Origin: an uncultured Bacteroidales bacterium
GTDB lineage: Bacteria > Bacteroidota > Bacteroidia > Bacteroidales > WCHB1-69
Direction of reading: 5' to 3'
DNA: 64,000 nucleotides
Assembly: GCA_937901925.1 (NCBI GenBank)
Contig: CALGTS010000058.1
Span: 4,605-68,604, forward strand
Each line of letters begins with the position of its first letter. Within the stretch, counting starts at the first letter, position 1. The translations under genes and the position numbers were made by a program. The notes beneath the pieces are model-generated. The model was given only the letters and a program-made list of their open reading frames with translations, made no database searches and was not told the origin of the DNA. Below are positions 30,306 through 38,766 of the stretch, in pieces.

Positions 30306-30671
30306 TCACTCATAATATCTAAATCTTTCAAATTGGAAGACAACCTCTTTTTTCTGACCAGAACTATCCATATTAACAATGCGTTTGGTTGTTGAAGCAA
30401 CACAATTTATATTCCTATTTTTCAACCTCTTAACCAAAGAATATGCAAAAGTTTGCTCTCCCATCAAATGTACAACCACATTTTCTCTTTCTGCTATGAG
30501 TAGAATTTTTTGTAAATATTCATCAGCTAACTTTGAAATATAATTTTCATCGGCAGACTCGTCAATATGAGGGAATGGCATATCTACGACTTTGCCGAAA
30601 AGTTGTATTGCTGTTCTTTTTTGCTTCTCGCTCCAAATATTTGACGGATGATTCGTAAAATTAAGTAACAT
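30306..30671 (-). CDS. 121-aa orphan Rossmann-like CRISPR-linked protein, paralog of the N-terminal domain of helicase 44707..46755
   Basis: MLLNFTNHPSNIWSEKQ...VVHLMGEQTFAYSLVKRL...NCVASTTKR...FERFRYYE. The start ATG overlaps the upstream stop (TAATG at 30669-30673). ORF-track start 30704 trimmed. I cannot assign a named family from memory. Confidence 0.5.
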   Translation of the reverse strand: MLLNFTNHPSNIWSEKQKRTAIQLFGKVVDMPFPHIDESADENYISKLADEYLQKILLIAERENVVVHLMGEQTFAYSLVKRLKNRNINCVASTTKRIVNMDSSGQKKEVVFQFERFRYYE

Positions 30672-31906
30672 TACAATATTTTTTTTAACTGTTCTGATCC
30701 ACAAATCAATTTTTTGTCTAAAATCTTTATTCTCGAAAGGGAAGCTCTATTAAGCAAGCCCTGCATTTTCTTTAATTTATTACTATCACTTCCTATATAT
30801 TCTTTAAAATCTGTCAAAGTAAAAATATAGGATTTTGCAAACAACCCAAATTTTGTTTTCAAAGCATCTGATTTATAAATAGTTTCACCTAATATTTCAA
30901 CTGGTTTTTCAATTAAAATTGGATTATTATTTTCATCAAAACAAAGTTTCCCCTTCTTATCCTTCTTCTGTTTTTGCTCTATATTTATGATTGACGTTTT
31001 ACATTCAATTATATGAAATTCGCCATTTTTCATAAACATCACATCAATTTCATTGGGTGTATAGTCTTCGCTTGTATCTTTAATTCCAAAATCTGCAATA
31101 GGATTAAGGTCTTTTTTGTCAGCAATTTCTTTTCTAATCTGTGCTCCAATTAAAATATCACCATCACCCAATTCTAATTCTTTTTTCAAACGCTCTCCAA
31201 CATATTCTTCAAACCATTCACCTGTAAGATATTTAACCTCCAATTTATCTAGACAATTTTGCTTTTTGGGAGTATAACCTATTGCGTTCAGAAATTCATT
31301 AACTCGAGAACAATCTCTTAAACCATCTTTTCTTTTCTCTCTCAGTATCTTAAGTTCCTCCTTATAGGTATCAAATACACCATTGCAAAAATGGTTAAAA
31401 ATAGAATTTGTAACATCAAATTCAACTCCGCTTGATTCTGTGGTCTCAAAATCAAACCCATACGCATATAAGTACTCTCTAATACCGATATGGGCACTTA
31501 ATTTTAACTCTTCGTACGGAGACTTCATATTCAAGCGACAATCATTTCTTCCTGTAAGGTAGTAAATTTCCGTATTACTTTTATTAACGAAATAATCATA
31601 TACTGCCAGCGACATTATCTTTGTTCCTCCAGTAATGTTCACAATTATTCTTTCGTAATTATCATACTTAATACTATTCAATTTCTGCTCAATATCACAT
31701 TGTGAATATTCATCAACTACAATTTTATAAATAGGACAATTCGTGATATTTGCAGATTTTTCAACCCATTTACACACACCTTTTCGCTCCATACTTTGTG
31801 TTGAAACAAAGAGATAATCAGGTTTCACGGACTTGTATTCCTTAATAAGTTGCACATTAGGTAAAGTCTGATCACTTACCAATGAAACCAACAATATTTT
31901 TCCCAT
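30671..31906 (-). CDS. Can2/Card1-like cOA effector #2: CARF + PD-(D/E)xK nuclease
   Basis: 411 aa. MGKILLVSLVSDQTLPNV...VNITGGTKIMSLAVY (CARF). LTGEWFEEYVGERL, then EIDVMFMKNGEFHIIECKTS (D-x13-E-x-K), with a Lys-rich insertion after the ExK. Confidence 0.7.
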   Translation of the reverse strand: MGKILLVSLVSDQTLPNVQLIKEYKSVKPDYLFVSTQSMERKGVCKWVEKSANITNCPIYKIVVDEYSQCDIEQKLNSIKYDNYERIIVNITGGTKIMSLAVYDYFVNKSNTEIYYLTGRNDCRLNMKSPYEELKLSAHIGIREYLYAYGFDFETTESSGVEFDVTNSIFNHFCNGVFDTYKEELKILREKRKDGLRDCSRVNEFLNAIGYTPKKQNCLDKLEVKYLTGEWFEEYVGERLKKELELGDGDILIGAQIRKEIADKKDLNPIADFGIKDTSEDYTPNEIDVMFMKNGEFHIIECKTSIINIEQKQKKDKKGKLCFDENNNPILIEKPVEILGETIYKSDALKTKFGLFAKSYIFTLTDFKEYIGSDSNKLKKMQGLLNRASLSRIKILDKKLICGSEQLKKIL

Positions 31907-31908
31907 AA

Positions 31909-33048
31909 TTATTTTGTATTAATGTTAAACAACTCGCTTTCCAACAAAAATTGAAGAGCCTTTTCTTCTGTTAAACCTAAATGGCTATCTTGCAACGAGA
32001 ACGACAAAATACCGTGCTCCTCGCATTTTGCTTTTGCAATATCCGTCATCTTTGCATCTGTGACAAACACCCCCTTACTACCCATGCCTCCATAGTTTTT
32101 AATAACACTACGAAATTTATCAATATCTGTTATGTTATTAATCTGCGTCTTGCACTCTACAAACAGCACTTTAGAACCTGTATTTACAACTATATCTGCT
32201 TCGTTTTTATCTACGTCTTTTTTGTACGGAAATTTGCAATTCATACAAATCTCCTTGCTTCTACTCCACGTACTGAGATATTTTGCCACTTTAAATTCAA
32301 ACCAACCACTATTAAACGCCAAATCCACTGCATTAGTAGACTCTAACTTGACCTCTTTTGACTTTCCGTTCTTTTTTATCAGAAAAACACGCACAAAGCC
32401 ATCTTGTTGTTCTGTAGTCTTTTCCCACTCCACATAAGAGCCCGAAATATGTTCAAACTTACCATATTTACAATTCTTTAAAATGTGCTGTTTTTGTTTA
32501 TCTAAAACGGTCAACAATGCATTAAATGTCTGAACAGCAAAATTTCTAATCTCCTCAATTTTCTTCATTGCTTCAACATCTGCTTCGGTGTAATCTGAGA
32601 ACTTTTTATAATTATTCTCTATAGAATTGCCATAAAGCCGAAAGTGGGTATGCATATCAAACTCAAACTCTTGCAATCCTTGCATTGTTCTATAATTCCA
32701 CAATACATTATTCTGGTCCATATAGACTATAGTAGCATTTTCCTTAGATTGGAACATTACACCAAATAGATGAGACCACGACTTCGGACCACTTGAAATA
32801 TTGACAACAACTTCATCTTTCGCGTATTGTTCTGCCAACTTTTTAACCACCTTTTGTATTTCTACGGCTTCCGTAGGCGATAATTGAACCGACTCATAAG
32901 GAACATTTATCTCCTTGATTAACGCATTCAAAGCCTTAAGACTATCTATCGAATGCACAAATACAACTTTATCTGGATTTGTTGCCTTTATCCCATTATA
33001 CACTGGAGCTGGCTGTCCTCCTACTAATGTTATGTGTATTTTACTCAT
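31909..33048 (-). CDS. Can2/Card1-like cOA effector #3: divergent CARF + PD-(D/E)xK nuclease
   Basis: MSKIHITLVGGQPAPVYNGI...VNISSGPKSWSHLF (CARF-like, with the GGT motif replaced by SGP). NSGWFEFKVAKYL, then EADIVVNTGSKVLFVECKTQ (D-x13-E-x-K). ORF-track start 33066 trimmed. Confidence 0.65.
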   Translation of the reverse strand: MSKIHITLVGGQPAPVYNGIKATNPDKVVFVHSIDSLKALNALIKEINVPYESVQLSPTEAVEIQKVVKKLAEQYAKDEVVVNISSGPKSWSHLFGVMFQSKENATIVYMDQNNVLWNYRTMQGLQEFEFDMHTHFRLYGNSIENNYKKFSDYTEADVEAMKKIEEIRNFAVQTFNALLTVLDKQKQHILKNCKYGKFEHISGSYVEWEKTTEQQDGFVRVFLIKKNGKSKEVKLESTNAVDLAFNSGWFEFKVAKYLSTWSRSKEICMNCKFPYKKDVDKNEADIVVNTGSKVLFVECKTQINNITDIDKFRSVIKNYGGMGSKGVFVTDAKMTDIAKAKCEEHGILSFSLQDSHLGLTEEKALQFLLESELFNINTK

Positions 33049-33052
33049 AAGC

Positions 33053-33631
33053 TTACATTTTTTCACACAACCTCAATGCCAACCCAGACCACAACTCAAA
33101 TTTTTCCAAATTTAGTTCTTTCGGATTTTCCCATTGGGGCAAACCGATTTCTGCGTCAAATCTCATCTGTCCCACTGCTACATTCACTCGAAAAACTACT
33201 CCGGTATGACAATGTCCTACCGATGTCTCCTCTTCGTTTATCATGCCCAACAACTCCACATCGCTATCATGCAAGGAAACGCCTACCTCCTCTCTAAACT
33301 CTCGCTTCAAACCTTGCAAAAGGGTGTTGTAAGGTGTTAACTGTTTATCTCCGTCTGTCACATGTCCGCCAATGCCTGCCGAACGGATTCCCTTCAATCG
33401 TTTTTCACTACCACATCTCTGATAGGTTAACACTTGCCCCTTTGCATTAAACACCAATGCATACGCTATCAATTGCTTGTATGTATAATCCTGCTCTAAA
33501 AATGCTCTTTTCTCAAAACACTGTGGCAATCTATTTAATTCCTCTACGGTTATTTGCCATGAGCACAAATTTAAATCAAATGCCAGCCGCATCTGCTCAA
33601 CTGGTACACATAATACATTTTCGTCTTTCAT
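33053..33631 (-). CDS. NUDIX hydrolase, translationally coupled to the CARF-adenosine deaminase
   Basis: 192 aa with a Nudix-box core ...GIGGHV...LLQGLKREFREEVGV. Its ATG overlaps the deaminase stop (ATGA at 33628-33631). Confidence 0.75.
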   Translation of the reverse strand: MKDENVLCVPVEQMRLAFDLNLCSWQITVEELNRLPQCFEKRAFLEQDYTYKQLIAYALVFNAKGQVLTYQRCGSEKRLKGIRSAGIGGHVTDGDKQLTPYNTLLQGLKREFREEVGVSLHDSDVELLGMINEEETSVGHCHTGVVFRVNVAVGQMRFDAEIGLPQWENPKELNLEKFELWSGLALRLCEKM

Positions 33632-35664
33632 AACAAATCCTGTTTTATCAATTCACTAATTTTTTCCTCAACCCTTCTTATCAACTGTTTCTTCTGCTCA
33701 TAGGGATAGAATGCTGTTCGAAAACCGTTACACGTCAATTGCAACAAATCCCACTTGGACAGACCACCTCGTGTTAGGCGTGCCGCCCTATGCAACTCTT
33801 GGGTTGGGGTTGTTAAGGAAATCCCCGGATTATCTGTATTCACTGATACCTTCAATTCGCAGTCAAGATATTTTTTCAACGGATAATCTGGCATGTTTTG
33901 AGTTCCAGAAAAATAATTATCTCTATATCCTACAATCTGATAATTACTGCTCGGGCACATCTCTATACCAATACCCCGCTCCAAAAACTTAACCATCAAA
34001 TCCTCTTTTTCTATCAACTTCAATCCATGTCCAATACGTTCTGCTGTCAAATAATAAACTGCCTCCCAAATATTTTCTGCCGGAGCTGTTTCGCCTGCGT
34101 GTATTGTGATGTTGTAACAATCTTTCATTATCTCCAGGAATTGTTCTCGCACCTCCTTAGGTGATTTGGCACTTTCATCTCCAGCCAAGTCAAAACCTCT
34201 GAAATACTTCTTAAATAAAGCATCATCCTTCAACTGTTTTGTCAGCTCTATACTCTGCAGGATTTTATCATCTCCACCATGACGAGAGGCTATCATTATA
34301 ACAGAAGTTTCCACCTCCGGTTCTCTTTCCAATTCTTCAAATATAGCTTGCAGAACTTGATTCGGGCTTAATATTGATGTCTGATAATTAATTGGAGAGC
34401 AGCGTATCTCTAGGTATGCAATATTCTCTTTTTTACACTTTGATAAGAGAATTTGGACAGTTTTCCTTATGGCAGTTTCATTACATAATAGAGCCGAACC
34501 CTGTAAATCGCCTAAACTCTCGTATGCATTAATACCTATTGACTTATAATCTGACTCTTGAATGTAATTTCCGAATATTATTTGCTCTAGTGCTCTTGGG
34601 TTATCTTCATATTCCAAAATAAATCTTGACGCAATTAATCCTTTATGAACACCTAAATGGTTTTCCAAAGCTTTATACCAATCTTTTATTGGCAACTTCT
34701 TATCATACTTACAATCCCATTTACTATAGAGTAAGTTTTGCTTTTTTTCCTTTTCAATCAAAGGTAGATAACACTTAGCTACCTCTATCATCTCTTCTGC
34801 TGTCAATACACCACCAAGATGACAATGAAGGTCTGACTTAGGCAATCGTTGCAAATACTCTAATTCCTCTTTTTGTTTTGATGGGTCGATTCCTAAATAA
34901 TCCGTTTTCAGTTCCTTAATTTTTGATGGAGGCAATGTGTAAAGGATATAAAAATTGGAACGAGTCTCTTTTTCATCCAAATAATATGTTGTATAAAAGT
35001 GTTGCGCATTTCTTTTTTGATTCTGAATATCTGTCAAAAAATCTGTATCCGGTGTACATTTTACAACAACACCTTCGTCAAAATAAAGATCCTTCACTTT
35101 CAAAACCTCATTTTTCTTGATTGCTCCTAAATTCAATGGAAAAGCCTCTTCTTTCCTATCTCCTAAAACATGTATGAGTGCATCGCACCCAAAGCAATAG
35201 GCTGCCTCCTGAAAATCAGCACTCATCGTTTTTCGTCCGCATGCCAATGATAAATACAATCTTCCGCCATCACATTGCTGTCTTGCATAAGCAATCACTT
35301 TATAAGCAAGGTCTCTGTATTGAAAAGCTTCATCATCATTAGTAATATCATTTACACCTTGCAGAACAAACAAACGAATACGTTTTACATACTTACTACA
35401 ACTTTCTTCTATCTGTTTAAAATCTTCAAAAGTTGATTTAATATCTCTGAAACTCCCTTTTTTACCTTCCCTATCGGTTGCAACAAGCCATAGTTCATCA
35501 ATAGGGAAAGAGGAAAAATCAGCCTCTTCTCTACTCGTTTGTATGCTCTGAAAGGAGACTAATTTTTCATAAAAATCAATCTCCTTAAAATTAATATACC
35601 CAACCGTCTCTTCAATAATATCAGGTTGTGCACCTAATGCCGAAACCAATATATTTTTGACCAT
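33628..35664 (-). CDS. cad1: Cad1/CAAD-type CRISPR-associated adenosine deaminase (N-terminal CARF + C-terminal ADA domain)
   Basis: 678 aa. N-terminus MVKNILVSALGAQPDIIEETVGY (CARF-like Rossmann). C-terminal ADA motifs LPKSDLHCHLGG (HxH), ITIHAGE and SVNTDNPG. Confidence 0.85.
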   Translation of the reverse strand: MVKNILVSALGAQPDIIEETVGYINFKEIDFYEKLVSFQSIQTSREEADFSSFPIDELWLVATDREGKKGSFRDIKSTFEDFKQIEESCSKYVKRIRLFVLQGVNDITNDDEAFQYRDLAYKVIAYARQQCDGGRLYLSLACGRKTMSADFQEAAYCFGCDALIHVLGDRKEEAFPLNLGAIKKNEVLKVKDLYFDEGVVVKCTPDTDFLTDIQNQKRNAQHFYTTYYLDEKETRSNFYILYTLPPSKIKELKTDYLGIDPSKQKEELEYLQRLPKSDLHCHLGGVLTAEEMIEVAKCYLPLIEKEKKQNLLYSKWDCKYDKKLPIKDWYKALENHLGVHKGLIASRFILEYEDNPRALEQIIFGNYIQESDYKSIGINAYESLGDLQGSALLCNETAIRKTVQILLSKCKKENIAYLEIRCSPINYQTSILSPNQVLQAIFEELEREPEVETSVIMIASRHGGDDKILQSIELTKQLKDDALFKKYFRGFDLAGDESAKSPKEVREQFLEIMKDCYNITIHAGETAPAENIWEAVYYLTAERIGHGLKLIEKEDLMVKFLERGIGIEMCPSSNYQIVGYRDNYFSGTQNMPDYPLKKYLDCELKVSVNTDNPGISLTTPTQELHRAARLTRGGLSKWDLLQLTCNGFRTAFYPYEQKKQLIRRVEEKISELIKQDLL

Positions 35665-35693
35665 AAATCTGCTTTAAAACACTTATTACTATC

Positions 35694-35993
35694 CTACAAC
35701 TCCATTACCTTTGGACAAGTTACTTTCAATATCTCCTTGCGAATATCATCAGGTACAACTCCGCCTCCATAATACCTCAAACTTACAACATTGGTTACAT
35801 TCTGTACCGTAAAATGCTTTTGTCTTATTTTAAATGAGCCACAACTTAATTCTACTTTTTTCCAAAACTGGTTACGTATATCGGTATAGAACACGTAAAA
35901 TATTGCAATATTAGCCATTGCTCTAACAGCTGATATAAAAACAACATAACTATTGAACCACTCCGAAATTACATCAAGAATATCTTTTTCCAT
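35694..35993 (-). CDS. Hypothetical 99-aa protein with one predicted TM helix
   Basis: ORF only. Hydrophobic segment YVVFISAVRAMANIAIFYVFY. Ends 29 nt upstream of the cad1 start. Confidence 0.35.
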   Translation of the reverse strand: MEKDILDVISEWFNSYVVFISAVRAMANIAIFYVFYTDIRNQFWKKVELSCGSFKIRQKHFTVQNVTNVVSLRYYGGGVVPDDIRKEILKVTCPKVMEL

Positions 35994-36030
35994 AACTTTA
36001 TTTTTTAAATCAAAATTCTATGCACATTCA

Positions 36031-37371
36031 TCATAACTCTTTCTCTAATATTCGCTCAATCTGTCCGACATAATAAAACGGAACATTAATCAACTTAAAT
36101 TGTTTTCCTTTGAAAGTTGTCACATTATCAACAGAATAAGGATTAGACCAAACTCTGATTGCGATGGCGTGCGGAGCTTTCTCCATAAAAAGATGCAACG
36201 ATTTGAGTTTAGCATTATGCCCAGACTTTACCTCTATTGGAACTACTAAATTTCTGAACTGATATAGAAAATCGACCTCGGCATCCGAGCCATCCTTATC
36301 TCTGCGCCAATAGTTATGACGAAGTGACACATCGTTGTCATACGCCACAAGCTCTTGGGCAACTATATGTTCTGCTATTCTACCTCTCCACACTTCACAT
36401 ATATCTTTTGCCGAAAAAACATCATCCTGAACCTTTGAGGCATAATTGACAATACCCGTATCCACCCACAACAATTTAGGGCGTTTCTTAAAATTAGGTA
36501 ATATCGGTATGTGAGTATCTGATGTGGGATAGACCAATTCTGTCAGCATGGCTTTTTCAATAATTTGGAAAGCCTCGCTCATTTCTCGCGACCGATAGTT
36601 AGAACCTCCAAAGCCTTCGAACGAAATGGTCTCTGCAGCGCACTGCCACCCATAAGTCATTATTGTACGTATCACCTTCACCATTGTTTTGCTACTTGTA
36701 TATTTCTCTACATCATCTTTGTAGGCTTGCAACAATGAATTGAACACGCTTGAACACGACAAGAGATCTCTTCGCTTTGCATATTGCATAATCACAGCAG
36801 GCATTCCGCCTACCAGAATATACTCGCGAAAAAGCTGCATTACTCGGTGATGTACAACAGAATCAACGTTGAAACTCGTTACAAGATTTCTATCAAAATC
36901 TTCGCCAATACCGTCCAAAAACTCCCAAAAAGAACATGGCCGTAAAGACATAAACTGCACTCGTCCTACAGGGAATGAAATTTTACGAACATCCATCACC
37001 GTCTCTAACAAAGAACCTGCCACTATTACATGAATATCCTTTGCCTCTTCGTAAAAATAGCGAAGAATTGCCACCGCTTTCTTAGAGTTTTGTATCTCAT
37101 CAATAAAAAGTAGCACAGAACCATCGATTTGTTCCTGTTTTTTATAGAAATAGATAGATTTCAACAATTGATGCACATCATCTGTCTGCTCAAACAATTC
37201 AGAATCTCGACTTCGTTCAAGATTAAGATACAAAAAAGTATCAAAATCCTTTGCAAACTCTTTCACCAAGGTTGTTTTACCAACTTGACGAACGCCCCTG
37301 ATTATTAAAGGTTTTCTATCTTCAGAACTTCTCCATTCTTTTAGTTTATTTATTGCCAATCTTCTTATCAT
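36031..37371 (-). CDS. AAA+ ATPase with C-terminal DUF4143 (PD-(D/E)xK-like) domain
   Basis: Walker A GVRQVGKTT, Walker B LLFIDEIQ, C-terminal DAEVDFLYQFRNLVVPIEVKSG. 446 aa. Confidence 0.8.
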   Translation of the reverse strand: MIRRLAINKLKEWRSSEDRKPLIIRGVRQVGKTTLVKEFAKDFDTFLYLNLERSRDSELFEQTDDVHQLLKSIYFYKKQEQIDGSVLLFIDEIQNSKKAVAILRYFYEEAKDIHVIVAGSLLETVMDVRKISFPVGRVQFMSLRPCSFWEFLDGIGEDFDRNLVTSFNVDSVVHHRVMQLFREYILVGGMPAVIMQYAKRRDLLSCSSVFNSLLQAYKDDVEKYTSSKTMVKVIRTIMTYGWQCAAETISFEGFGGSNYRSREMSEAFQIIEKAMLTELVYPTSDTHIPILPNFKKRPKLLWVDTGIVNYASKVQDDVFSAKDICEVWRGRIAEHIVAQELVAYDNDVSLRHNYWRRDKDGSDAEVDFLYQFRNLVVPIEVKSGHNAKLKSLHLFMEKAPHAIAIRVWSNPYSVDNVTTFKGKQFKLINVPFYYVGQIERILEKEL

Positions 37372-37381
37372 ACGCCATAAC

Positions 37382-37461
37382 TTTTGTAATAAAACGACGG
37401 TGCAAAGATAGTATTTTTTGTAATAAAACGACGGTATAATTATGATTTTTTTGTAATAAAA
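37382..37461. repeat. Three direct repeats of TTTTGTAATAAAACGACGGT (third partial) in the ATPase promoter region
   Basis: Copies at 37382-37401, 37416-37435 and a partial one at 37449-37461. Spacing is 34 and 33 bp. Confidence 0.7.
37403..37410 (-). promoter_or_regulatory. -7 promoter box (TATCTTTG) for the AAA-ATPase gene
   Basis: Reverse complement of CAAAGATA, 32 nt upstream of ATG 37371, sitting between direct repeats 1 and 2. Confidence 0.45.
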
Positions 37462-37641
37462 AGGGGTTAAATCAACAATATTTGTAAAGAAATTACGGCT
37501 AAAAACATTTTCTCAATACAAAAAATCGTAAACAATCATTTAACATAATAAAACAATAGATTTTGCGAACGAAAGAATAATATTTTCTTGCATAAATTTG
37601 AAGAATTTTCCCTGCCGATGTGGCAGGGAAAATAAGGACTA

Positions 37642-38766
37642 TTATTCCTGTAATGATAATTTTACAAATCCCAATAACTCACAAACATCATCAACTCTTC
37701 TTGTCTTTGGAAAATCATACTCACTATAGTTTTGGTTATTTGGTCGAGACACTGGAACTACAAGGCTTTCAAAATTATCTAAGTCTCTTGCCCATCCTCC
37801 AGTTATGAAGTTCCAACCAGAGCCATGACCTATGCGCAACACACACTCTTTCCCTTTGCCACAGTTCTGAGCTTCGTTCTTTATTGATTCAATCTTCTCC
37901 AAATAACACTCTACTTTATCTGAATCATCTCTATCTGACCGTTCTTTCCAATATTCCAATTCAAAATCTAATAAACGAATTGTGTGGTTATTAATTGCTT
38001 CGAATAAAGATTCATAGGATGACATAATATTAGGCAAATCGCCAATTGTAGACCATTTCTCTTTCGATTTATTATAACCTTCTACATTAAGCTTCATCTC
38101 AAACCTTGTTATATCTTCGGAAGGTAAAGCTTCAATCATTTGAGATTTACTTTTATCCCAAAAAATTTTTGATGTTCGCTCATTTATATTCACCATTCGC
38201 AAAGATACTGTATAACATTCCCCAAAATAAGCATCACCAACTTGCAGAAATCTGAAAACATCATTATTTGGGTCACTACCAAACAACTCCTTTTCTACCT
38301 TATTGGCATTTGTTTTTTTCTTACCATTGGCAGAAACATCTATTTTTCTTTCTGCATCATTGACATTCTCAGCAAGAGATGCAAGTATTGCTGTCCTAAT
38401 CGCTCCTTTTATCGAACTACCAGGTATGTACGGTTTACCCTGTCCGTTATGAATATGTTCCTTCAATGTGTCTCTCTCATGAGCTTCTGACCATTCCAGA
38501 ACTATACGTTTCGCATAATCTTCAACTTTAGCATTGGGAGCAAATCGTTTAACCACATTACCTGTGGATTCCTTACGTTCAATCGCCACCACCCAATCTT
38601 GAAGATGTTCTTCACCAATCAAATCCAACACTTTTTCAGGAGAAACTACCGCCAACACATAATTGTTGCCCATCTTTCCTTTCACAAAGTCAGAACCTAT
38701 TTGCAAAACCTCACCGGAGCCTATATGCACAGATGTCAAAGTTTTTATCTTAACTATTTTTTTCAT
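37642..38766 (-). CDS. csm5: Type III-A RAMP protein Csm5
   Basis: MKKIVKIKTLTSVHIGSGE... and KPYIPGSSIKGAIRTAI RAMP motifs. Last gene of the csm operon. ATGA overlap with the csm4 stop. ORF-track start 38841 trimmed. Confidence 0.8.
   Translation of the reverse strand: MKKIVKIKTLTSVHIGSGEVLQIGSDFVKGKMGNNYVLAVVSPEKVLDLIGEEHLQDWVVAIERKESTGNVVKRFAPNAKVEDYAKRIVLEWSEAHERDTLKEHIHNGQGKPYIPGSSIKGAIRTAILASLAENVNDAERKIDVSANGKKKTNANKVEKELFGSDPNNDVFRFLQVGDAYFGECYTVSLRMVNINERTSKIFWDKSKSQMIEALPSEDITRFEMKLNVEGYNKSKEKWSTIGDLPNIMSSYESLFEAINNHTIRLLDFELEYWKERSDRDDSDKVECYLEKIESIKNEAQNCGKGKECVLRIGHGSGWNFITGGWARDLDNFESLVVPVSRPNNQNYSEYDFPKTRRVDDVCELLGFVKLSLQE

Noticed and set aside
30306-30671. Assigning the 121-aa protein to Crn2/AcrIII-1 (DUF1874) ring nucleases or to Csx16 (VVA1548)
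   Set aside because: As I recall those families, neither the DUF1874 pattern (N-terminal ..NAFS.NML, GH.ST) nor the Csx16 pattern (RHPGA) is present. I left the protein unnamed.
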